64,000 nucleotides of DNA from an uncultured Eubacteriales bacterium (lineage in GTDB: Bacteria; Bacillota; Clostridia; Christensenellales; CAG-138). A program made the position numbers and the translations under genes. The stretch's first letter is position 1, and each line of letters begins with the position of its first letter. The notes beneath the pieces are model-generated. The model ran no database searches, had not been told where the DNA came from, and saw only the letters and a list, made by a program, of their open reading frames with translations. Positions 36,729 through 45,332 of this stretch are shown one piece after another. The DNA lies in contig UQXE01000002.1 in the NCBI GenBank assembly GCA_900544965.1, forward strand, positions 15,385-79,384, in the 5' to 3' direction.

Positions 36729-37469
36729 ATGAAATTAACCGTTTTAGGAAAATACGGGCCGTTTCCTGCAGCTACAGGAGCGTGTTCAGGCTATCTTGTT
36801 GAAACCGATCAGGCGTCTATCATTCTGGACCTTGGAAATGGCGCCCTTAGCCGGCTATTGTATAAAAAACCTAGGCTCACAGTGGACGGCGTAATATTGT
36901 CCCACCTCCACAGCGACCATATGTCGGATATGCTTGTGCTGAGATACGCGCTAAAACAGCTTCATTCAAGGGATAGGTCCATTCCCACACCCTTGTCGGT
37001 TGTCGCGCCTTCCGAGCCTGAGCTTGAATTCAGGCAGCTGATATCCTCCGGCGTTTATGACATGATAGCCGCCAAGGATGGTATGAAGCTGAAATTCAAG
37101 GATTTAACGGTTGTTTTGCACAGAATGACTCATACTGTTGTTTCCTATGCGGTGGAGCTTATGAGCGGAGGCAAACGGATGGTCTATACGGGGGACACAG
37201 GTTATAACATGCGCCTTGAATCCCTCTGCGGCGGAGCGGATCTGCTGCTTGCCGATACATGTTACCTAAACGCCGATAAAACCACGGAAAACGCTGCGCA
37301 TTTGACTGCCGGCGAGGCTGGGAGGCTTGCGAAACGATGTGGCGTAAAGCAGCTTATCTGTACTCACATATGGGGCGGCAGTATTGACGATGCCGGCGTA
37401 CTTGGCGAAGCCAGGGCCGAATTCCCAACCGCGGAGGTTGCCGTGGAAATGCGCACATATGAGGTTTAA
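36729..37469 (+). CDS. MBL-fold metallo-hydrolase
   Basis: 246 aa. Starts MKLTVLG..G. Contains the HLHSDH motif (H-x-H-x-D-H), and later TGDTG and H residues. Confidence 0.8.
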   Translation: MKLTVLGKYGPFPAATGACSGYLVETDQASIILDLGNGALSRLLYKKPRLTVDGVILSHLHSDHMSDMLVLRYALKQLHSRDRSIPTPLSVVAPSEPELEFRQLISSGVYDMIAAKDGMKLKFKDLTVVLHRMTHTVVSYAVELMSGGKRMVYTGDTGYNMRLESLCGGADLLLADTCYLNADKTTENAAHLTAGEAGRLAKRCGVKQLICTHIWGGSIDDAGVLGEARAEFPTAEVAVEMRTYEV

Positions 37470-37485
37470 ACTCACTATTGTATAA

Positions 37486-37513
37486 ATACGCCTGTTAAAT
37501 TTAACAGGCGTAT
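37486..37513 (+). terminator. perfect hairpin after the MBL gene
   Basis: ATACGCCTGTTAAA/TTTAACAGGCGTAT palindrome, followed by AGTTATTT. Confidence 0.55.
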
Positions 37514-37559
37514 AGTTATTTAATCATATATTGTAATTTTCAAGGATGGTAGGGTGTAA

Positions 37560-38339
37560 ATGGAAAGGCTTAATGATTTTTTAAGAAAATACGATAAAAT
37601 AGCCATAGCGCTGTCGGGAGGCGCGGACAGCGCCTGTTTGCTAAAGGCAGCCGTTAAAGCTATAGGCTCTAAAAACGTTTTGGCCATAACGGTCCACAGC
37701 GAATTCATGCCCGATGCGGAGCTCGCAATGGCCAGGCGCTTTGGCCAGCTTGCGGGTGTAGAGCATATGGTTATAGAAGTATGCGCTCTTGATAACGAAT
37801 TTGTCGCCGCAAATGGACCAAAGAGGTGTTATTATTGCAAGCGCGCAATATTTACCGAGATTCTTAATCAAGCATGGATTCATGGAATAAAGGCTGTAAT
37901 GGATGGCACCAATGCTGATGATACTTCAGACTACCGTCCAGGAATGGAAGCGTTAAGTGAACTCGGCATTATAAGTCCATTTTTAGAGCTTAACATGAAA
38001 AAAACGGATATTATACAGCTTTTTGAAGATACAGACGATTTAAGCGTTCCATCCTATGCCTGTCTGGCTACCAGAGTGCCTACTGGAACGAAGATTACAC
38101 TACAAGACCTGGAAAGGGCCGACCGGGGCGAAACGCTGCTTAGATCCATGGGGTTTTCAAAACTTAGGGTGAGGATTCACGGCGATTGTGCTAGGCTGGA
38201 ATTATCAGTGGATGAGATTGACAAGGCTTTTGAAATGAAAAGCAATATATCAAATGCGCTAAAATCGGTTGGATTCAGGTACGTATCGCTTGATCTGGAT
38301 GGTTATGTTCAGGGAAATATGAACGAAAGGCGGGCCTAG
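37560..38339 (+). CDS. larE: LarE, ATP-dependent sulfur transferase for nickel-pincer cofactor (PP-loop ATP pyrophosphatase)
   Basis: 259 aa. PP-loop (ALSGGADSACLL). CYYC plus ACLATR cysteines. Adjacent to larB and larC. Confidence 0.85.
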   Translation: MERLNDFLRKYDKIAIALSGGADSACLLKAAVKAIGSKNVLAITVHSEFMPDAELAMARRFGQLAGVEHMVIEVCALDNEFVAANGPKRCYYCKRAIFTEILNQAWIHGIKAVMDGTNADDTSDYRPGMEALSELGIISPFLELNMKKTDIIQLFEDTDDLSVPSYACLATRVPTGTKITLQDLERADRGETLLRSMGFSKLRVRIHGDCARLELSVDEIDKAFEMKSNISNALKSVGFRYVSLDLDGYVQGNMNERRA

Positions 38340-38344
38340 GTGTT

Positions 38345-39034
38345 ATGAACGCTGAAATATATGACGACCTCGGCTTTGCAAAGGTTGATCTGAGCCGGGA
38401 AAGGCGCCAGGGATATCCTGAGGTGATTTATGGATGCGGCAAGACTAACGAACAGATATGCGGGATATGCGGTTCATTGCTCTCAAACGGGGGAAAGCAT
38501 ATATTGGTGACCAGAATAGGCAAGGGCTGCGCTTGTGATCTAGAGCACAGGTTTGGGGAAGTATCCTATTCAGAGGCGGCTTCGGTCGCAATCGTCAACC
38601 CTCGGAAGCTGCACCCGCAGGGCAGCGTAATCGTGGCGACTGCAGGCACTTCAGACATATGCGTGGCCGAAGAAGCCGCGATTACGGCGGAAGCCATGGA
38701 TGCGGATGTTATGCGGATATATGATGTCGGAGTATCCGGAATACACCGTATACTTGCTTATAAGGACGCATTGAGTACGGCAAACGCCATAGTAGTGGCT
38801 GCCGGCATGGACGGAGCACTGCCAAGCGTTGTAGGCGGCCTTACGGACCGTCCGGTTATAGCCCTGCCTACGAGTGTAGGATATGGGGCGTCATTCAACG
38901 GTCTTGCCGCTCTGCTGTCAATGCTTAATTCCTGTTCAGCAGGCGTAACGGTAGTAAATATCGACAACGGGTTTGGCGCGGGATTCGCGGCCGGAAGGAT
39001 AAATCGGCTAATTGTAGGAGGAGGGAAAGTATGA
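38345..39034 (+). CDS. larB: LarB, nickel-pincer cofactor biosynthesis carboxylase/hydrolase (PurE-like)
   Basis: 229 aa. D..R..R.GYPEVIYG.GKT, then a PurE-like half (VATAGTSD..VAEEA, AGMDGALPSVVGG). Confidence 0.88.
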   Translation: MNAEIYDDLGFAKVDLSRERRQGYPEVIYGCGKTNEQICGICGSLLSNGGKHILVTRIGKGCACDLEHRFGEVSYSEAASVAIVNPRKLHPQGSVIVATAGTSDICVAEEAAITAEAMDADVMRIYDVGVSGIHRILAYKDALSTANAIVVAAGMDGALPSVVGGLTDRPVIALPTSVGYGASFNGLAALLSMLNSCSAGVTVVNIDNGFGAGFAAGRINRLIVGGGKV

Positions 39035-40251
39035 GGACACTTTATATTGATGCGTTTTCAGGAATAAGCGGCGATATGTTTTTAGGGGCGCTTATAGACT
39101 GCGGCGCTGATTTTGATTTTATCCTGTCTGCGCTTAACGGCCTGGGGATTTCGGATGAGTTCCACATTGAGGCAGCCAGGATTAATAGACGGGGTATCTG
39201 TGGAATTGATCTTAACGTACGCCTTAAGCATGGTCATAGCCACCATGACGGCGTTTCACACTCACATGCTGGCTACAGAAACTACTCTCAGATAAAGTCG
39301 CTTATTTTGGATTCGCAAATCAGCGCAAACGTCAAAGAACGGGCGCTTCGCATATTCGGACGCGTTGCGGAGGCCGAGGCGTACGTACATGGCGTAACAG
39401 AGGATGAAGTTCATTTTCATGAGGTTGGGGCGGTTGACTCAATAGTGGACATAGTTGGCGTTTCAGCCGCGCTTGAATCCCTGGGGATAAAGAAAATAGT
39501 ATCGTCTCCTCTTAATCTCGGCGGCGGAACCGTAACCTGTGACCATGGAATTTTGCCTGTACCCGCGCCCGCTACGGCTAGAATTTTGTTTGGGTGTCCC
39601 TGCTACGGCTCAGATCCAAAGCACGGGGAACTCACCACGCCTACGGGAGCCGCCTGCGCTATGGAGGCCGAGCGTTTTGGAGAGCTGCCCTTAATGGTTC
39701 CGGAAGCGGCAGGCTATGGATTTGGAAAAAGGGATACAGGAACGCTTAACGCCTTGCGGATAATGATGGGTGAGGAGCGAGACGGTTCCTGCGGTAAGCC
39801 CACAGATAAAAAGGCTGGCAATGTAGCGCTGATAGAAGCCAATATTGATGATATGACAGGAGAAAGCCTGGCATTTGCCGCCAAGAAGCTTATGGAGGAA
39901 AGCGCCTTAGACGTTTGGATCACTCCGATTATAATGAAAAAGGGACGTCCTGCGCATGCTTTATCGTGTATGTGCGAACTGGCGGATAAAGACCGCCTTG
40001 TTGAAGTGATATTTAAACACACGACTACCTGGGGATTACGTATTGACGTTAAAACACGGACTTTGGTCACAAGAAGCACCTGTGTAGCTAATACAGAATA
40101 TGGCCCAATAAGATTTAAAACGGATGGCGTAAGAATAAAAGCGGAGTATGACGACTGTGAACAGACGGCTCAAAGGAACGATGTGGGATTGACTGAGGTG
40201 GAAGCCGCTTTGATTCGAGCGGCACGTGGCGCCTCTAAACACGATAAATAA
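39031..40251 (+). CDS. larC: LarC nickel insertion protein (DUF111)
   Basis: 406 aa. The start (LYIDAFSGISGDMFLGALID.GAD) is the family signature. A His-rich stretch (KHGHSHHDGVSHSH) is present. Start overlaps the larB stop. Confidence 0.88.
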   Translation: MRTLYIDAFSGISGDMFLGALIDCGADFDFILSALNGLGISDEFHIEAARINRRGICGIDLNVRLKHGHSHHDGVSHSHAGYRNYSQIKSLILDSQISANVKERALRIFGRVAEAEAYVHGVTEDEVHFHEVGAVDSIVDIVGVSAALESLGIKKIVSSPLNLGGGTVTCDHGILPVPAPATARILFGCPCYGSDPKHGELTTPTGAACAMEAERFGELPLMVPEAAGYGFGKRDTGTLNALRIMMGEERDGSCGKPTDKKAGNVALIEANIDDMTGESLAFAAKKLMEESALDVWITPIIMKKGRPAHALSCMCELADKDRLVEVIFKHTTTWGLRIDVKTRTLVTRSTCVANTEYGPIRFKTDGVRIKAEYDDCEQTAQRNDVGLTEVEAALIRAARGASKHDK

Positions 40252-40258
40252 TCCTTGT

Positions 40259-41083
40259 TCAATCGTATTCTCCCAGAAAATAGGCGTTTATTTCGTCGGC
40301 GACCCGTCGCATCTTGTCGGGGTTTATACCTATAGACCTAATTGTTTCCGCGTTAAGGCGGTCAATGCTAACCGAGTCCGTGCATGATATCCTGCTGAGG
40401 ATGACAGTGCCGGACTTTATTGATAACGCGCTGTCCTGTCCCACTATTATGTGGTCAAACAGGCGTATCTGACCTGCATCCAAAATTATAGAGGCCATTC
40501 TGGTGGCTTCAATATCCTGGACGGAGGGCTGGAGATTGCCGGATGGGTGGTTATGACAAAGTATTACGCTATGCGCATTATGCTTAAGCGCGGACATCAT
40601 AATTGAACGGGGATATATTTCGGCCTGTGTCAATGTTCCGATACCTATTATGTCCGAGCCCAATAGCTTTCCCTGCTTATTAAGCGATACTACGCAGATG
40701 GTTTCATTAGGCTGTTTATGCAGCAGCGATATGCAGTAATGCATTGCGGCCGCAGGGGTGTTTAGCAGCTTTTCGTCGTCGAAATGCTGCAAGGCGCGGT
40801 CATATATATCGGAAATCAGCGTAAGCAGAATTGCCGTATTTGGACCCACGCCCTTTGTGTTTGCCAATATCTTACGATCCGCCTTAATTACGTTGCGCAA
40901 GCTGCCAAATTGACTTAGCAGTTCATGAGCAAGGGGATTTGTATCCTTTTGAGGTATACAGTAGAAAAGCAAAAGCTCCAACAGCTGGTGATCCAAAAAG
41001 GACTGCGGACCGTTTTCAAAGTATTGATTTTTCATTCTTTCTCTATGCCCCTTATGCGGGTTGTTAGTTCCCATAAGTTTCAC
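40259..41083 (-). CDS. radC: RadC-like JAB/MPN domain protein
   Basis: 274 aa. N-terminal H.GHRERM...F plus an HhH region, and the JAMM motif (LCHNHPSG...PS.QD). Carries about 45 extra C-terminal residues relative to typical RadC. Confidence 0.85.
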   Translation of the reverse strand: MKLMGTNNPHKGHRERMKNQYFENGPQSFLDHQLLELLLFYCIPQKDTNPLAHELLSQFGSLRNVIKADRKILANTKGVGPNTAILLTLISDIYDRALQHFDDEKLLNTPAAAMHYCISLLHKQPNETICVVSLNKQGKLLGSDIIGIGTLTQAEIYPRSIMMSALKHNAHSVILCHNHPSGNLQPSVQDIEATRMASIILDAGQIRLFDHIIVGQDSALSIKSGTVILSRISCTDSVSIDRLNAETIRSIGINPDKMRRVADEINAYFLGEYD

Positions 41084-41200
41084 CTGTTACATAATTATAT
41101 GAAGAATTGATCTTTTATATAGAATTTAACGATTAATATGTGGATTGATCTGGTCAGGCACGTTCGCTTGAAATTAGCGGAGCGTGCCCGACTTATATTT

Positions 41201-42820
41201 TCAATTCATTAATATTTCCTGCCAGCGGTCTGCAAAGGCCTTTATATCGGCCTCCATTATATCAAGCTTTAGTTCCATATCCGGAGACCTCCTATCGTGT
41301 ATTTCCTCAAGAAGCTTAAGTACCCGATTTAGATAAGCCTTTATTTCCGTATCGCGATCCAGCGCGTTTACGTCTTCAACCTGAGCGCTCGGCATTAAAG
41401 TGTCGTGCTCAGCGTCTCCCAGTTTATATACATCTCCAAGGGCTGGAACTATGGTTGTGTATCCCAGCGACTGCACGGCTTTATTCAAAGACTCCAGAGC
41501 CGTTTCCTCGCCATGTACAAAGAAAATTTTGTCCGGTCCCCTGTCAATATCAGTTATCCATTTTATTAGCTCGTCCCTTCCGGCGTGGCCGGAAAATTCG
41601 GTGAGCTGTTCTATTGTAGCGTTTACCCGTATTTCCTCACCAAACAACTTTACGCTTTGAACTCCGTCTATCAGCATCCTGCCCAAAGTACCAACCGCCT
41701 GGTAGCCGGCGAATACGATTGTGGAATCATGTCTGTACAGGTTATGCTTTAAATGATGCCTGATTCGTCCGGCATCGCACATACCAGACGATGATATGAT
41801 TATTTTAGCTCCTTGTGTAAAATTGATCAGCTTGCTTTCATCAGCAGTACGGGCAACGCGAAGCGTGGGAAAATCAAACGGTGATCCGCCCCTGCTCATT
41901 TCAATCGCTTCCTCGTCGTAGTATCCCTGAGCGCAACGCTCGTATATACGGGTCGCCTCAATGCCCAACGGACTATCTATATATACGGGTATTTTGTCGA
42001 GGCCCGTTATCGTCCCCTTACAAATCAGCTTTTTTATGAAGTATAGTATCTCCTGTGTTCTTCCAACCGCAAAGCTGGGTATAACTATGTTGCCGCCGCG
42101 AGCTATCCCTGCCGATATTATTTTTGAGAACTGGGCTTCCTTAGCCTCATCGGTACTCAATTCATGATTCCGGTCGCCATACGTACCCTCTATTATGAGG
42201 TAATCCGCAGATTCGATACGATCCGGATCACGAATGATTGGCCGGTTATCCCTGCCAATATCGCCGGAAAACACGAGCTTGCTTGTCTTGCCGCATTCTT
42301 CTACCCACAGCTCTATAGCTGCGGAACCCAGAAGATGCCCCATATCCCTGTAACGTACCGTTACATTATGCATCAACCTTACAGTCTCTTTGTAGCCAAC
42401 CGATCTGAACAGCTTTAGAGCGTTGTTTGCATCTTCAAGGGTGTATAGCGGCTCAATAGGTTCCTTGCCAGCTCTGAGACGCTTGCGGTTGGTGTTTTCC
42501 GCATCGCCCTCCTGAATATGGGCGCTGTCAGGCAGCATGATTGTAGCGAGCTGCGATGTTGCTTCCGTGGCCAGCACCACCCCGCTGAACCCTCTCTTTA
42601 CAAGAAGGGGGATGAGTCCGCTGTGGTCAATGTGCGCATGGGTAAGCAGCACTGCGTCAATGCTGGAAGGATCAAAAAGAAACCCGCCTTCGCCGAGATC
42701 CGTCTTTGTATCCTGTCCCTGGCGCATACCACAATCGACCAGAAGCCTGCCTCCTTCAAATTCAACAAGATGGCAAGAACCGGTTACCGATCGTGCCGCA
42801 CCACAAAACTTTATATCCAT
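41201..42820 (-). CDS. MBL-fold / beta-CASP family RNA-metabolising hydrolase
   Basis: 539 aa. GAARSVTGSC start, THAHIDHSG motif, beta-CASP and RMMBL-like C-terminal region (H.SGH). Confidence 0.85.
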   Translation of the reverse strand: MDIKFCGAARSVTGSCHLVEFEGGRLLVDCGMRQGQDTKTDLGEGGFLFDPSSIDAVLLTHAHIDHSGLIPLLVKRGFSGVVLATEATSQLATIMLPDSAHIQEGDAENTNRKRLRAGKEPIEPLYTLEDANNALKLFRSVGYKETVRLMHNVTVRYRDMGHLLGSAAIELWVEECGKTSKLVFSGDIGRDNRPIIRDPDRIESADYLIIEGTYGDRNHELSTDEAKEAQFSKIISAGIARGGNIVIPSFAVGRTQEILYFIKKLICKGTITGLDKIPVYIDSPLGIEATRIYERCAQGYYDEEAIEMSRGGSPFDFPTLRVARTADESKLINFTQGAKIIISSSGMCDAGRIRHHLKHNLYRHDSTIVFAGYQAVGTLGRMLIDGVQSVKLFGEEIRVNATIEQLTEFSGHAGRDELIKWITDIDRGPDKIFFVHGEETALESLNKAVQSLGYTTIVPALGDVYKLGDAEHDTLMPSAQVEDVNALDRDTEIKAYLNRVLKLLEEIHDRRSPDMELKLDIMEADIKAFADRWQEILMN

Positions 42821-42857
42821 AAACGTTTGCTCCTATTAATTTTAAGAAATAGACTAA

Positions 42858-43742
42858 TTACTTCAATAACAATTCATCGCGGCCCTTTCCAAAGTAAACG
42901 ATGGCCAGCGTTCCAGGGCCGCAGTGGGAGCCTATTACAGGACCCACAGGCCGAATCACTACCGCTTTTGGCTTAATCAGCTCTTCTACCTGTAATTTTA
43001 ACACACTGGCATCTCCTGGACAATCGGCATGGCAAATATATACGGTTTGATCTTCAGGCCGTTCTATCGTAGACGCGCATCCCTCCAGAATATATTTAAT
43101 CGCCTTTCTCTGCCCCTTTATCTTCGCAACTGGGACTACAAGGCCGTCAGGGCCAACGGTCAATATGGGCTTTAACTGAAGCGCCGTTCCAAAAAAAGCG
43201 GCCGTATTTGAAATCCTGCCGCCTCTGCGCAGATATTCCAGGCTGTCCACCGCAAACAGGGAGCATGATTTCATCTTATTATCCTCCACCCAGTCGCGTA
43301 TTTCATCAAGGGATTTTCCTGCCCGCCGCATTTCGAGAGCTACTCCCACGAGCTGGCCAAGAGGCATTGATATGGCAAGCGTATCGACCAGTTCAATCCT
43401 CCGTTCCGGGTATTTTTCCAAAAGCTCATTTCTTGCTATGCACTCATTGCTAAAGGTTCCGGACATTTTTGATGAAAACGCAATGTGCAGTATATCGTTT
43501 CCCTGTTTTAAATACGGCTCAAAGTACTCCTCTATCTCCGCAGGATTCCGCTGGGCTGTGGTGACAACCGCCCCTTCTCGGAGACGCTTGAAAAAAGCGG
43601 GTATATCTGTTTCTCTACCCAGATCATAGTAGCGTTCAAGACCATCATATGTATACGGCATTCTCATTACGCAAAAGCCGTTTTCATCCTCCCACTGGTA
43701 GGGGATTTCCGAATTGGATTCGGTGGTAATAACAAAACTCAT
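42858..43742 (-). CDS. degV: DegV family fatty-acid-binding protein
   Basis: Starts MSFVITTESNSEIP (ATG at 43742, AAGGAG upstream). Contains SS.MSGT, GR.....A, GPG. The ORF-track start at 43850 is an upstream extension with no RBS. Confidence 0.88.
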   Translation of the reverse strand: MSFVITTESNSEIPYQWEDENGFCVMRMPYTYDGLERYYDLGRETDIPAFFKRLREGAVVTTAQRNPAEIEEYFEPYLKQGNDILHIAFSSKMSGTFSNECIARNELLEKYPERRIELVDTLAISMPLGQLVGVALEMRRAGKSLDEIRDWVEDNKMKSCSLFAVDSLEYLRRGGRISNTAAFFGTALQLKPILTVGPDGLVVPVAKIKGQRKAIKYILEGCASTIERPEDQTVYICHADCPGDASVLKLQVEELIKPKAVVIRPVGPVIGSHCGPGTLAIVYFGKGRDELLLK

Positions 43743-43956
43743 GATACACTCCTTAATTAAGCTTATAATATAATGAATGAATCCATTTAATATTATATAA
43801 CTTAATGGCGGGACATGCAACAAATTACGACAGGTGAACCTAAAAAGCATATAAAAATAAATAGCTGTATTGATTACTAGTCATTTTATATAATGATAAC
43901 CTAAACAGTTAGTTGATATAGCTTTATAAGGGAAATAACCGTATCATTTATGGATA

Positions 43957-43985
43957 TTGATCCATAATAATACCTGTGATATAAT
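43957..43985 (+). promoter_or_regulatory. sigma-A promoter of the pheST leader
   Basis: TTGATC, 17-nt spacer, TATAAT with an upstream TGa (extended -10). Confidence 0.55.
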
Positions 43986-44029
43986 GGCATAATTCAATAG
44001 GGTAAATGCGGTGAAGGGATAAATCACGG

Positions 44030-44276
44030 CTATAGGCGCGTTAAGAGAGGTTTGCCTCCGGCTGAAAGCAAACCGCGTTAAGGCCATGAAGCAGTTCGTC
44101 CTGGAGCAGCTTTGGTGAAATCCATAATAAAAATCCGGATGGGTAGTCGAAGACGGGCAAGCCCGATACAGCTGAGAGGTTTTGTAACTGGATTAACTTT
44201 TAGTACAGAACGAATTAGGGTGGTACCACGAGAAAGCGCACTCGTCCCTTTGGGATGTATGCGCTTATAATTTTTT
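44030..44276 (+). promoter_or_regulatory. T-box riboswitch leader (Phe specifier UUC)
   Basis: AGAGAG motif at 44044. Distal loop CCGGCUGAAAG. UUC at 44095-44097 on the 3' side of stem I. T-box sequence AATTAGGGTGGTACCACG at 44213-44230. Terminator AAGCGCA...TGCGCTT plus TTTTTT at 44234-44276. Lies upstream of pheS. Confidence 0.85.
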
Positions 44277-44294
44277 AGGAGGAAAAGATGTCAG

Positions 44295-45317
44295 ATGATT
44301 GACCGACTGGACGAGATTAAAAAGAAAGCGCTTGCCTCCCTTGAAGCGGCCAAGACCGACTCGGAGATTGAGGAAATATATATATCAACTCTGGGAAGAA
44401 ACGGCAAGCTAACCGAAATACTTCGGGGCATGGGAAAGCTCAGTAAGGAGATGAGGGCTGAGGTAGGCAAGATGGCCAACATTGTCAAACAGGAGCTTGA
44501 AGAGGGTATAAACAGTCGCAGGCAGGCAATGGCCGAAATGGCGCAGCAGCTCAGGTTTGAAAGGGAAAAGATCGACGTAACCGAACCTGGAAAACATATA
44601 TTGCCAAGCGGCCATCTGCACCCGCTTACGCTCGTGTACCGCGAGATTAGAGACGCTCTGGTAGGCATGGGGTTCACTACGTTTGACGGACCTGAGATTG
44701 AATACGACGACCTCAACTTCACAAAGCTCAATATGCCTCCGGATCATCCGGCAAGGGACATGCAGGACACCTTCTATATAAACGATAAGGTTGTATTGAG
44801 GACCCATACAACTCCATGCGAGGCAAGGGCGCTTATGTCTGTAAAACCGCCGTTCAGGCTTGTGATACCTGGACGCTGCTTTAGGGTGGATGAGGTAGAC
44901 GCTAGCCATAGCCCAATATTCATGCAGATAGAGGGCCTGGTTGTAGATAAAAGTGTTACGTTTGGGGATCTGAAGGGCACAGTATCGGCCTTTGTACACG
45001 CGGTCTTTGGGTCAGATGTTAAAACACGCTTCCGTCCAAGCTATTTCCCGTTTACAGAACCATCGGCCGAGGTGGATATATCATGTACCATATGCGGCGG
45101 TAAGGGATGCAGGGTGTGTAAGGGTACGGGTTGGCTTGAAATAATGGGCTGCGGAGTAACAAATCCGCACGAGATTGAAAACTGCGGCCTCAATCCAAAG
45201 GAATGGAGCGCGTTTGCCTTTGGGGTAGGCGTTGACAGGGTGGCTAATTTAAAATATGGGATACCCGACATACGCCTGCACTATGAGAATGACGCAAGAT
45301 TTCTAAGGCAGTTTTAA
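44295..45317 (+). CDS. pheS: phenylalanine-tRNA ligase alpha subunit
   Basis: 340 aa. HP.......I......MGF, class II motifs (FRPSYFPFTEPS, GCG...P.V). A 4-codon uORF (ATG at 44288) overlaps the start. Confidence 0.95.
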   Translation: MIDRLDEIKKKALASLEAAKTDSEIEEIYISTLGRNGKLTEILRGMGKLSKEMRAEVGKMANIVKQELEEGINSRRQAMAEMAQQLRFEREKIDVTEPGKHILPSGHLHPLTLVYREIRDALVGMGFTTFDGPEIEYDDLNFTKLNMPPDHPARDMQDTFYINDKVVLRTHTTPCEARALMSVKPPFRLVIPGRCFRVDEVDASHSPIFMQIEGLVVDKSVTFGDLKGTVSAFVHAVFGSDVKTRFRPSYFPFTEPSAEVDISCTICGGKGCRVCKGTGWLEIMGCGVTNPHEIENCGLNPKEWSAFAFGVGVDRVANLKYGIPDIRLHYENDARFLRQF

Positions 45318-45332
45318 AGGGGGACGAAAAGG

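Noticed and set aside
36729-37469. MBL-fold hydrolase next to the lar genes considered as RNase Z or as a lar pathway enzyme.
   Set aside because: Only the generic HxHxDH motif is visible. It lacks the features I could use to assign RNase Z or any specific subfamily, so it is kept as a generic MBL hydrolase.
43743-43850. N-terminal 36-codon extension of the DegV ORF (ORF-track start at 43850).
   Set aside because: The extension has no RBS and is AT-rich promoter-like DNA. The internal ATG at 43742 has AAGGAG upstream and gives the canonical DegV N-terminus and length.
44288-44302. Four-codon uORF (MSDD-stop) overlapping the pheS start, 5 nt after the TAGGAGG RBS.
   Set aside because: It is probably incidental. 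The pheS ATG at 44295 is the only in-frame start giving the conserved N-terminus. There is no evidence of a regulatory role beyond the T-box.
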